Below the pieces are notes generated by a model. The model was given only the letters and a program-made list of their open reading frames with translations. It was not told the DNA's origin and ran no database searches. The position numbers were made by a program, and so were the translations under genes. Shown piece after piece: positions 46,033 through 53,501 of a stretch of 64,000 nucleotides of DNA (its first letter is position 1; each line of letters begins with the position of its first letter). Source of the stretch: Bacteroidota bacterium (GTDB taxonomy: Bacteria; Bacteroidota; Bacteroidia; AKYH767-A; JABDAW01); assembly GCA_013288905.1 (NCBI GenBank), contig JABDAW010000001.1, positions 7,723 through 71,722 on the forward strand, read 5' to 3'.

Positions 46033-46605
46033 TTAGTTTTTTCTGACCAATGGAATCTGCAGATTGGTTGGTCTGTTTTCTTCTTTGTCAAACCCTCGTC
46101 CATCCACATTTCTCGCTCCCCAAAACATCAGTTCGTTAAATATATAAATCAAATCGTACTCCGAAAAGATTTGTCCTTCTGCAAGTCCGAATGGAACAAA
46201 AGCTTTTCCTAAAATACTTTGTCCGGCATTCACTTCCCATTTGTCGAAACCAGTACTTGCCACTTTGTTCATGGCATCTGCAAAACCTTGAATTATAGGA
46301 GTAACCTGGTATGCTTCATCGGCAGTGAAGTCCACCTTTTGCGCCCCTGCTGCTATCGGATGGTCGCCTTTCCAAAACATAGTTCCTTTCAAAAGAATTT
46401 TCACAAGAGGCACTTTGCCGAATGGGTCAACAGCGTTTATTACCTCCAATTCAAATTTGTCGCCGGGCATCGCCTTGAATGTTCTGGTCAGGTAAAATGG
46501 TTTAATACTTCCGTCAGCATTTTTAATTGAGCTTGGGCGAAGTTCGGGCGCAATGCTTTTCCATTCGCCACCTTGAATAAATTGTTTAATTTCTTCTACT
46601 GTCAT
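46033..46605 (-). CDS. Hypothetical cytoplasmic protein (190 aa).
   Basis: ORF with a -7 box 23 bp upstream. It lies 23 bp upstream of the membrane-protein gene. No family recognised. Confidence 0.55.
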   Translation of the reverse strand: MTVEEIKQFIQGGEWKSIAPELRPSSIKNADGSIKPFYLTRTFKAMPGDKFELEVINAVDPFGKVPLVKILLKGTMFWKGDHPIAAGAQKVDFTADEAYQVTPIIQGFADAMNKVASTGFDKWEVNAGQSILGKAFVPFGLAEGQIFSEYDLIYIFNELMFWGARNVDGRGFDKEENRPTNLQIPLVRKN

Positions 46606-46627
46606 TTTATTATTATTTATTTGGGTG

Positions 46628-46635
46628 CAAAGATA
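46628..46635 (-). promoter_or_regulatory. Candidate -7 box TATCTTTG (minus strand).
   Basis: Exact TAnnTTTG, 23 bp upstream of the ATG at 46605. Confidence 0.4.
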
Positions 46636-46929
46636 GGGTTTGTTGTGGTTCTTATTTATGGTTTAGATTATTGGTGTAAAGCATTCAGGAGGTAGGGGAT
46701 TAAAAATCCCCAGTGAAAGACAAGCAATTGCAAATCGCTCGAAGCGATACGTCATATTCTATCTAACAGCTCGGAAATCGAATGAAAAACAAGCAAATTT
46801 TTCGGGCTGTTAGAAAACCTTTTTTACAGCTTTTAAGGTGTAGGGGTAACCAGCGGCTCTGGGGGCTCTGGTTATATCCTGCACGTCTGGTAAAGCCTAC
46901 ATGTCCAGTTTTATCGTCATTCGTTGAAA

Positions 46930-47742
46930 TTATAATTTCTTTCTCCATTCAGGATCATTAAAATCAACTTTTGTAGCTTCTTTCCAAATTATATCATAAT
47001 GCATTTTAGCAAAGTGGCTAAAATAGAAACTGTTCCCTTTAAGTTTTAATTTTAAATGGGGTGATTCTGTACAATTTCTTTTTCTCCAAAAAAAACCAAG
47101 ATAAATAATGTCATCAACTGCATAAATACTAAATGTACTATTACCATCAAAAAGTCTGATTTCAAAATTATTAGGATGGTTTGACTCTGAATATAATTGA
47201 AAAAACTTTGCAAGGTTTGAGTTAATTTCTCTAGGAACATAGTCAGTATCTTCGACTACTCCTAATTCTTGTCCACGAGCTTTAGCATAATTTGATTTAG
47301 GATTTAAAATCAATATTTCAACTTCCATATTTTTTTCAAGGGCAATTCTTATCGCGTTTTCTACAGGAATGAAATTTCCAATCCAAGTTTGCAAAATCCA
47401 TATTTTGTGTTTTCCAACCATCACATCATATTCAAAGTCATAAACTGGAAGTTTTTCATGTGATGAAATAATACCTGATTCTAATTCATATTGTACTTGT
47501 TTTAGTTTTTCAACAAGCAGAATTTCTTCATCTTTTCTAATGAGTTTTGCATAGATAAAATGGGATGCAATTGCAGCAGCTACAAATGCTCCAATTTCAC
47601 CAATAAAATGAATCCAGTGATTTTCTGTTTGATGATTTTCTGCAATTAGCATTAATATCAAACCAATTAAAAACACTATACCTACTATAAGGTAATATTT
47701 CCAGGAAAAAAGATTTGGTATTCTGTCAGAATTTTTTGCCAT
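46930..47742 (-). CDS. Two-TM protein with a C-terminal DUF5919/PLD-fold-like domain lacking HKD. Candidate membrane-anchored defence effector or sensor.
   Basis: TM1 YYLIVGIVFLIGLILMLIA and TM2 FIGEIGAFVAAAIASHFIY. The C-domain pattern KIWILQTWIGNF...VEILILNPKSNYAKARGQE...IRLFDGNSTFSIYAVDDIIYLGFFW...SPHLKLK....FYFSHF..HYDIIW recalls DUF5919. This is a recollection that has not been searched. Confidence 0.5.
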   Translation of the reverse strand: MAKNSDRIPNLFSWKYYLIVGIVFLIGLILMLIAENHQTENHWIHFIGEIGAFVAAAIASHFIYAKLIRKDEEILLVEKLKQVQYELESGIISSHEKLPVYDFEYDVMVGKHKIWILQTWIGNFIPVENAIRIALEKNMEVEILILNPKSNYAKARGQELGVVEDTDYVPREINSNLAKFFQLYSESNHPNNFEIRLFDGNSTFSIYAVDDIIYLGFFWRKRNCTESPHLKLKLKGNSFYFSHFAKMHYDIIWKEATKVDFNDPEWRKKL

Positions 47743-47958
47743 ATTTTAAATTTGTACTTTATTGTTTTTGTCTGATTATTAAATGAAACCATACAGGTGC
47801 AGGGGGCACCTGTCCGGTTTTATCGTCATTAAAAATTTATAATTTAGTTTTTTTGATATAAAATAGCAATTCTATTAGGTCGGCTATATCCAACACATCG
47901 GCTATATCCTGCATATCGGGTTATATCCTGCACGTCGGGTGTATTCACTAATTATTTA

Positions 47959-48858
47959 TTAACTTATTTTCTTTCTGCTTGATGCAACAAATATTTCAGG
48001 ATTATCATCAGTCAAATCTACATCATATTCCCTTCTGTCTAAAATCTGCAAGAAATGAATTACGGAATTATCTTCAGGTACTATTTGTTCATTTTCAACT
48101 CTGATTAAAACGTTTAAAGACTGGCATTTAGCAATTAGTTTTTCCATTGAGGTTCGTTCCAAATCTTCTCTCGATTTTATTGACGCAATCAATTTGGCTG
48201 CTGCTTTTGAGTGACCTACATAATTTGCAAGATAATTGAAATTTACAAAAGCAATCCGAGTTGTTAAAAGTCTTGTAGCATCTGCTGCAGTTCGTAAAAT
48301 TTCTTCTTCAATATTTGCAATAAAAGTAAAGCCAGTTGGATGAAGAATATCTATAACTAATTCATGAATAATAAAATCGAAATCAATATCCAATTTGAAA
48401 ATATCGTCTACTACCACTTTCAAAGTATCATCAACTAATTGGATTAATTTATTATGTTTTTTTAATAGCCCTTTAAATTGTGAAGGTCTTCTTACCGCAA
48501 TTTGTTTAGCACCATTAATATGATGAAATACTGCAAAATAATATGTAATTTTATTTGCAATTTCAGAAAGGACTAAATTTGAAACAGGAATATTTGGTTG
48601 ATTATATAAATTATTAAGAGAATTAAGATTTTGGTTGTTTAAAGGAATTGTCAATTTTTCATCTTGACCATATTTTTCACTAGCTTCAAAAAGTAACGGA
48701 TTACCATCTATAGCCAAATATGTATTGTAAAATGTTTCATGCATTTCATACAACGATTGTCTTACTGAATCGTCAATTGGGATAAGAGCAATTATTTCTT
48801 GCCCATCGATAATAGAGCAAATTCCAAATTCAATACTACGAAAATCTTCAAATGGCAT
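47959..48858 (-). CDS. kwaB: KwaB-like protein (DUF4868-like), second gene of a Kiwa-type pair.
   Basis: 299 aa and cytoplasmic. The central pattern IAVRRPSQFKGLL...IFKLDIDFDFIIHELVIDILHPTGFTFIANIEEE and the C-terminal ...IVPEDNSVIHFLQILD resemble DUF4868 as I remember it. It overlaps the preceding 4-TM gene by 11 nt. Confidence 0.5.
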   Translation of the reverse strand: MPFEDFRSIEFGICSIIDGQEIIALIPIDDSVRQSLYEMHETFYNTYLAIDGNPLLFEASEKYGQDEKLTIPLNNQNLNSLNNLYNQPNIPVSNLVLSEIANKITYYFAVFHHINGAKQIAVRRPSQFKGLLKKHNKLIQLVDDTLKVVVDDIFKLDIDFDFIIHELVIDILHPTGFTFIANIEEEILRTAADATRLLTTRIAFVNFNYLANYVGHSKAAAKLIASIKSREDLERTSMEKLIAKCQSLNVLIRVENEQIVPEDNSVIHFLQILDRREYDVDLTDDNPEIFVASSRKKIS

Positions 48859-49399
48859 ATTTATAATTTTTTAGTTCAATAAAAACAGAATTACTTATTC
48901 GATGGACTTTTAGCTCTTTGATATTTGATGGTATTCTTGTTCTCTTGGTTAATAATACAGAACAGTTATAACTATCAATTGTATAAACGCGATAACCAAG
49001 AATTGCAAAAAGTATATTGATAAAATGTAAATTCATATTCCACAATACAAACACAACAAAAAAGATTGCGCTTATCATAGCAACAAACTCTCTATTAGTG
49101 GTAATTGTCACACTAAAAAGAGGAAGCAAAATAGTGATAAGATAAGTAAATAAATATTCTCTATTGGTTTTTGTTTCAGAAACATCTAATAAGAAAGTAT
49201 CGTTACTTTTCTTTGAAAAGTAAATTCTTAACCAAATAAAAAGATAAGGAATAACAACTAAAAAACTAACAGCAATCCATAAATACTTATCACAGATGAC
49301 ATGATCAAATCCTTTTATACCAATCAAAATAAACAAGGGCGCCATGCTGCTTAAAAGCATCATTAACTTTATTAAAGGAAGACCTTCATTTGATTTCAT
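48848..49399 (-). CDS. kwaA: KwaA-like four-TM membrane protein.
   Basis: 183 aa. TM segments LIKLMMLLSSMAPLFILIGI, LWIAVSFLVVIPYLFIWLRIYF, YLFTYLITILLPLFSV and FVAMISAIFFVVFVLW..INILFAILGY. It sits directly upstream of and overlapping the DUF4868-like gene, which is the Kiwa gene order. Confidence 0.5.
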   Translation of the reverse strand: MKSNEGLPLIKLMMLLSSMAPLFILIGIKGFDHVICDKYLWIAVSFLVVIPYLFIWLRIYFSKKSNDTFLLDVSETKTNREYLFTYLITILLPLFSVTITTNREFVAMISAIFFVVFVLWNMNLHFINILFAILGYRVYTIDSYNCSVLLTKRTRIPSNIKELKVHRISNSVFIELKNYKYAI

Positions 49400-49401
49400 T
49401 T

Positions 49402-49785
49402 TTATAAATTTTCATTTATCACTTCAAAGCCGATAAATTGAGAGTCACTATAGTCAAGCATAGTGCCATCCCTTTGTGTTGTACATAATATTGTTAAGGC
49501 AGTAAAATCAGAAGGTTTTTCCCTTTCTAATCCATCATTCCAAATGTAATTAAAATCCATATTTATAATTTCTTTTACAAATTGAGGATCCTCTTTATAC
49601 AATCTTTTTGCATCAATCATAACAAATTGTCTGTTCCTTCCATTTTCAAAAGCAAGTGGAATAATATGCATATCTTCATAAGTGCCCTCAGTCCATATTT
49701 GGCATTTATATATTACACCATGTTTTAATTTGAAAAATGGTTCTTTAAGTTTTATCGAACTTTCGTACATTGAATTTTCATTCAT
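49402..49785 (-). CDS. Hypothetical protein (127 aa), tightly coupled to the kwaA-like gene.
   Basis: Its stop at 49402 leaves only 2 nt before the next ATG at 49399. No family recognised. Confidence 0.5.
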   Translation of the reverse strand: MNENSMYESSIKLKEPFFKLKHGVIYKCQIWTEGTYEDMHIIPLAFENGRNRQFVMIDAKRLYKEDPQFVKEIINMDFNYIWNDGLEREKPSDFTALTILCTTQRDGTMLDYSDSQFIGFEVINENL

Positions 49786-49846
49786 GATATTATTGTTTGT
49801 ATAAATTTATTTCTTTTTTTGTTTGCAAAGATACTTTTATAAAATC

Positions 49847-50521
49847 TTATAATCCCTTACCATGAAATCTATTTCTAAAATCATCAAGAAGTCTTTGACT
49901 GATTTTTTGGTCTAATCCATCAATAGTTCTTATTCCTTCTATTGGCAAAAATCTTAATTCCTGAGTTTCAATCGGAGAATTTAAGGTATATAGATTATTT
50001 GCTACAGACTGAATATTTATATCCTTTACATTCATTAAAGTTATAGTAATGCAATATGATTTGGAAGAAGTAAAGTTGTCAAGATAAAACGAAACTCCCT
50101 TCGTTATATATATTGTTGCTTTTCTGATGACCCAATCAAAATCAATAACCATATCATTATTCATGTAAGGGTTCTTATCAATTTTTAAATTATGATCAAA
50201 TATTTCAATAGCCCCATTATGTAACCAATTCACATAAAGTAATTCATTATATATAACCATTCCTTCCTCATTAGAATATCTTAAGATATAAGGATTATTG
50301 CCAGAGGGGTCATTATTTAGTAATGAATCAAAATATTTAAACTTCTCACTTTTGATTTCATCAGTTAAAGCTGTTTGAGATATATTCTCAATTCCTGTAG
50401 GAACTATATGAATTAGTATACCACTTCTATTAGAGGTAAATGGAGTTAAGACAGGAGAGATTTTAAATCTTTCTATTCTTTGATGTAATAATTGGAAGTC
50501 CATTTTTTTTTCTTTCATCAT
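49847..50521 (-). CDS. Hypothetical protein (218-224 aa), first gene of the four-gene cluster.
   Basis: ORF with three possible ATGs (50521, 50518, 50503). There is a 61-bp gap to the next gene. No family recognised. Confidence 0.5.
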   Translation of the reverse strand: MMKEKKMDFQLLHQRIERFKISPVLTPFTSNRSGILIHIVPTGIENISQTALTDEIKSEKFKYFDSLLNNDPSGNNPYILRYSNEEGMVIYNELLYVNWLHNGAIEIFDHNLKIDKNPYMNNDMVIDFDWVIRKATIYITKGVSFYLDNFTSSKSYCITITLMNVKDINIQSVANNLYTLNSPIETQELRFLPIEGIRTIDGLDQKISQRLLDDFRNRFHGKGL

Positions 50522-50566
50522 TTTATGACTGCGTTCCCCTCTTGGGGCGCAGCAATAAAATGATGA
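50515..50566. other. Long hairpin / REP-like palindrome covering the first two ATGs of the 224-aa ORF.
   Basis: tcatcattttat...ataaaatgatga (perfect 12-bp outer stem) enclosing gactgcgttcccc tctt ggggcgcagca (imperfect inner stem). It contains the GGAACGCAG core on the minus strand. Confidence 0.75.
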
Positions 50567-50610
50567 TTAGTAGTATCGGGATTGTTGGTTTTTGGCATGG
50601 TTTGGTTATT

Positions 50611-51036
50611 TTATTTGAAAGGGTTAATAATGGTCAGTTTGGATTCTATTACCAAGCCGTCTTGCATGTCTTCGGAATAGAGGATTTCGCAGTTATTTTC
50701 TAAAGCAGAAGATACGATTAAGCTATCCCACCAGCTTAATTGATATTTATTAGAAATTTTGAAAGCTGAATGGAATGTTGAAGGATTGAGCAAGACTACA
50801 TTAAATTTTTCGAGTAACTCTATTCCATGATTGTAGGATTTTTCTTTTGACAGTTTAAGGCTTCTCATACAAGCATTAACATTTTCTGCAACAACCTGTG
50901 TGCTGATAATGTATTTTTTAGAAACAAAGGCAAGGACTATTTCGCGTTTCACAAGATCTTTATCCATCAAATAGACAAGAATATTTGAATCCAAAAATGT
51001 TGGTTTAGCTTCTATCATCTCTGTCATAAAGTTCAT
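50611..51036 (-). CDS. vapC: PIN-domain ribonuclease toxin (VapC-like).
   Basis: FLDSNILVYL (Asp1), ...STQVVAEN... (Glu), WWDSLIVSSA (Asp3) and LYSEDMQDG (Asp4). The true start is probably Met4 or Met7 (51027/51018). Confidence 0.75.
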   Translation of the reverse strand: MNFMTEMIEAKPTFLDSNILVYLMDKDLVKREIVLAFVSKKYIISTQVVAENVNACMRSLKLSKEKSYNHGIELLEKFNVVLLNPSTFHSAFKISNKYQLSWWDSLIVSSALENNCEILYSEDMQDGLVIESKLTIINPFK

Positions 51037-51259
51037 CCCTGTTAAATTTGTAATTGCTCAAATCAACACTGTATTGGGAATAAAACTCTCTTAGAGATTG
51101 TCTCCATTCTTCTTCAGTTTGCTCCTTTTTTTCTGGATTATCGCTCTCAACTTTATGAAGAGATACCTCAATATCTACTTCTTTATCTTTGAACTCATCG
51201 GGTAACACAAGGTGGAGTTCGTTGCCTTCGGTTTTAACAATCTTTTTTATAGCACTCAT
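51005..51259 (-). CDS. Cognate antitoxin (VapB-like).
   Basis: 84 aa, acidic. Its 3' end overlaps the PIN gene start. A -7 box lies 58 bp upstream. Confidence 0.6.
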   Translation of the reverse strand: MSAIKKIVKTEGNELHLVLPDEFKDKEVDIEVSLHKVESDNPEKKEQTEEEWRQSLREFYSQYSVDLSNYKFNRDELYDRDDRS

Positions 51260-51316
51260 AGTTTATATATTTTATTAGGATGTAAAATTAAGAAAAAATT
51301 TGGAGATAGCTTTATG

Positions 51317-51324
51317 CAAAATTA
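51317..51324 (-). promoter_or_regulatory. Candidate -7 box TAATTTTG (minus strand).
   Basis: Exact TAnnTTTG, 58 bp upstream of the ATG at 51259. Confidence 0.35.
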
Positions 51325-51336
51325 TTTTTGTCGCTT

Positions 51337-51759
51337 TTATTTTGAGGCATATTCTACCGTCCATTCTATTCCATATTTGTCTCTGAACATCCCGAAGTAG
51401 GAACCCCAGGCACTGTCGGCTATGGGCATTTCTATGTTTCCGCCTGCTGATAGTCCATTAAATAATTTGTCGGCTTCTTCGCGACTTTCTGTACTGACAG
51501 CTATCTTGGAACGGTTTTCATTTTCATTTACCCTTCCCATAAATTCGGGAACATCATTGGCTATTAAAATGTTATTGCCTATGGGCAAAGCAATGTGCAT
51601 GATTTTATTTGCTTCATTTTCCGGTATAGGGAATTCCGTGCTCGAGAGGTCTTTGAAACGGACTATCCTGGAGAACTGTCCGCCAAAAACCGATTTGTAG
51701 AAATTGAAGGCTTCTTCGGCATTTCCGTTGAAGTTGATGTGGGGATTTATTTGGGGCAT
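51337..51759 (-). CDS. VOC/glyoxalase-fold protein (PhnB/YjdN-like).
   Basis: INPHINFNGNAEEAFNFYKSVFGG...MHIALPIG...AWGSYFGMFRDKYGIEW is the PhnB-like VOC pattern. Confidence 0.7.
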   Translation of the reverse strand: MPQINPHINFNGNAEEAFNFYKSVFGGQFSRIVRFKDLSSTEFPIPENEANKIMHIALPIGNNILIANDVPEFMGRVNENENRSKIAVSTESREEADKLFNGLSAGGNIEMPIADSAWGSYFGMFRDKYGIEWTVEYASK

Positions 51760-51779
51760 GGGGTTATTGTTTTAAAATT

Positions 51780-52049
51780 GGAACGCAGATGATGCAGATT
51801 GTTTATGACAAGATATGATTTATTGATTCCTAGGAAAAAATCATATCTTTTCATATAAATCAGCGGTATCTGCGTTCCTATTGTTATTTGATACATAGGA
51901 ACGCAGATGACGCGGATTGTTATGATTAAATATGATCTTAGGATTCCAAGCAAAAAATCATATCTTTTCATAACAATCCGCGGAATCTGCGTTCCTATTC
52001 TCTTAAAAAAATCATATCTTTTCATATAAATCAGCGGTATCTGCGTTCC
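51780..52049. repeat. REP-like imperfect hairpin elements with GGAACGCAGAT termini: two full copies plus one right half.
   Basis: Element A at 51780-51888 and element B at 51897-51996 each start with ggaacgcagat and end with atctgcgttcc, and have complementary inner arms (..atgacaagatatgat / atcatatcttttcat..). A right arm alone lies at 52008-52049. Confidence 0.85.
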
Positions 52050-52053
52050 CATC

Positions 52054-52476
52054 TTATGCGTTAATCAGTTTTTCGATGTCGAATTTTGTCATTTGCATAA
52101 AGGCATATAGTACCTTTGGTGCCTTTTCGGGGTCGTTCATCAGTTTGCCTAAAATGGAGGGGACTATTTGCCAGGAGACACCAAATTTATCATCCAGCCA
52201 GCCACATCTGTTATAGGTTCCGCCTTCGCCAAGGAGCTCCCAATAATAGTCAATTTCTTCTTGTGTGTCGCAGGTAACTACATACGAATTCGCCGGCGAA
52301 AATTTGTATTCCGGTCCGCCATTGAGAGCCATGAATTTTGTTTCATTCAGTTCAAAGATTACTACCATTGGGTTTTCGGAAACTATTTTTGAGTTTTTGA
52401 AAATGGAACAGTAGAATTCGGCAGCCGCTTTGGCTTGCCCGTTATACCAGAGGCAGGGGAAAAGTTTATTTGTCAT
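52054..52476 (-). CDS. VOC-fold protein of the 3-demethylubiquinone-9 3-methyltransferase-domain type.
   Basis: FPCLWYNGQAKAAAEFYCSIF....FELNETKFMALNGGP...CDTQEEIDYYW..L.......CGWLDDKFGVSWQIVP is the classic pattern of this family. Confidence 0.75.
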   Translation of the reverse strand: MTNKLFPCLWYNGQAKAAAEFYCSIFKNSKIVSENPMVVIFELNETKFMALNGGPEYKFSPANSYVVTCDTQEEIDYYWELLGEGGTYNRCGWLDDKFGVSWQIVPSILGKLMNDPEKAPKVLYAFMQMTKFDIEKLINA

Positions 52477-52868
52477 ATTATTTATTTAAAGTAGAAAATG
52501 TTACGATGATTATAAGCTGTGTTAAGCATTGTAGAATTTGATGTTGAGATTTGAGATGCCAAATTAACTAAATATTTCTTTTACCACCAAATTTTTTGTT
52601 AAATTTTTTTCATGAGACAGAATAACCGAGGAGATAATTTTTCGAAAATCTCACCGTGACTTGTATAAAAAATTCTTGAATAATTTAATTCAATTGCCAA
52701 TATATGTTTCTTGATACTAAAAATTTGCCAGGTGATAAAAATAAGAGAAATATTGATCGGTTAAAGTAATAGAATGATAACAGTTACCCCGAAATTTTAA
52801 ACCTGGTCTTTATCAAAATTCAAATTTCTTTTCACTTTTATCGTTCATGGGCAAATAATAAATAAATA

Positions 52869-53453
52869 ATGATACGGTTACTCTTCCTTTTATTCACAAT
52901 AATTTCTGTAAGCTCCTTTGCTCAAAAGGATGTGAAAGTGAATCCTCATAATGACACCCTGTTGAAAGATACGGTGGGTCCTTATTACCAGAAGCTTGCC
53001 GATAATCTGAATAAAGTGGTAGATGATTTCCCGAATAACTTCGATAAGATCAAAGGAAAGAAGGTCAGTATAAATTCGAAGATGATGACTTGGTATTCTA
53101 AAGTTACCATTCCTGAATGCGAGCAAGGAATCATCTACCAGGAACCTGCTTCCGGCTTTGATAAATGGGTCTATAAAGCCCGCCTGATAAGGAAAGATGA
53201 TAAGCAAGAACCCATAAAGCTTTATAAAGACTTCCTTAAGAAACTCCGCCTGACAAAGCTGAATTGCTGCATCATGGAATTGAAGGAGAACGTGGATTAC
53301 ATGGGGGATTATATCGCGACCTGGCATACCTTGATGCTGATGGAAGACAAAAGCAAAGGCTTCAAGCAACTGACGATCAGCCTCAGATATCATGAGCCTC
53401 AAGGTGATGAGAAAGCAGAGGTCTATCTTTATATTATGGGGTCTGATGAATAA
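52869..53453 (+). CDS. Secreted hypothetical protein (194 aa).
   Basis: Signal peptide MIRLLFLLFTIISVSSFAQ. I prefer it over the antisense ORF 52890..53402. Confidence 0.55.
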   Translation: MIRLLFLLFTIISVSSFAQKDVKVNPHNDTLLKDTVGPYYQKLADNLNKVVDDFPNNFDKIKGKKVSINSKMMTWYSKVTIPECEQGIIYQEPASGFDKWVYKARLIRKDDKQEPIKLYKDFLKKLRLTKLNCCIMELKENVDYMGDYIATWHTLMLMEDKSKGFKQLTISLRYHEPQGDEKAEVYLYIMGSDE

Positions 53454-53501
53454 GGCTTTTGCTAAATTTGCATCCTGTAAAATGAAACAAATAATAAGAT
53501 T

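Noticed and set aside
51747-52052. 101-aa ORF (GTQIPLIYMKRYDFF repeated).
   Set aside because: It is encoded entirely by the REP-like GGAACGCAGAT hairpin elements. The internal repeats equal the element copies.
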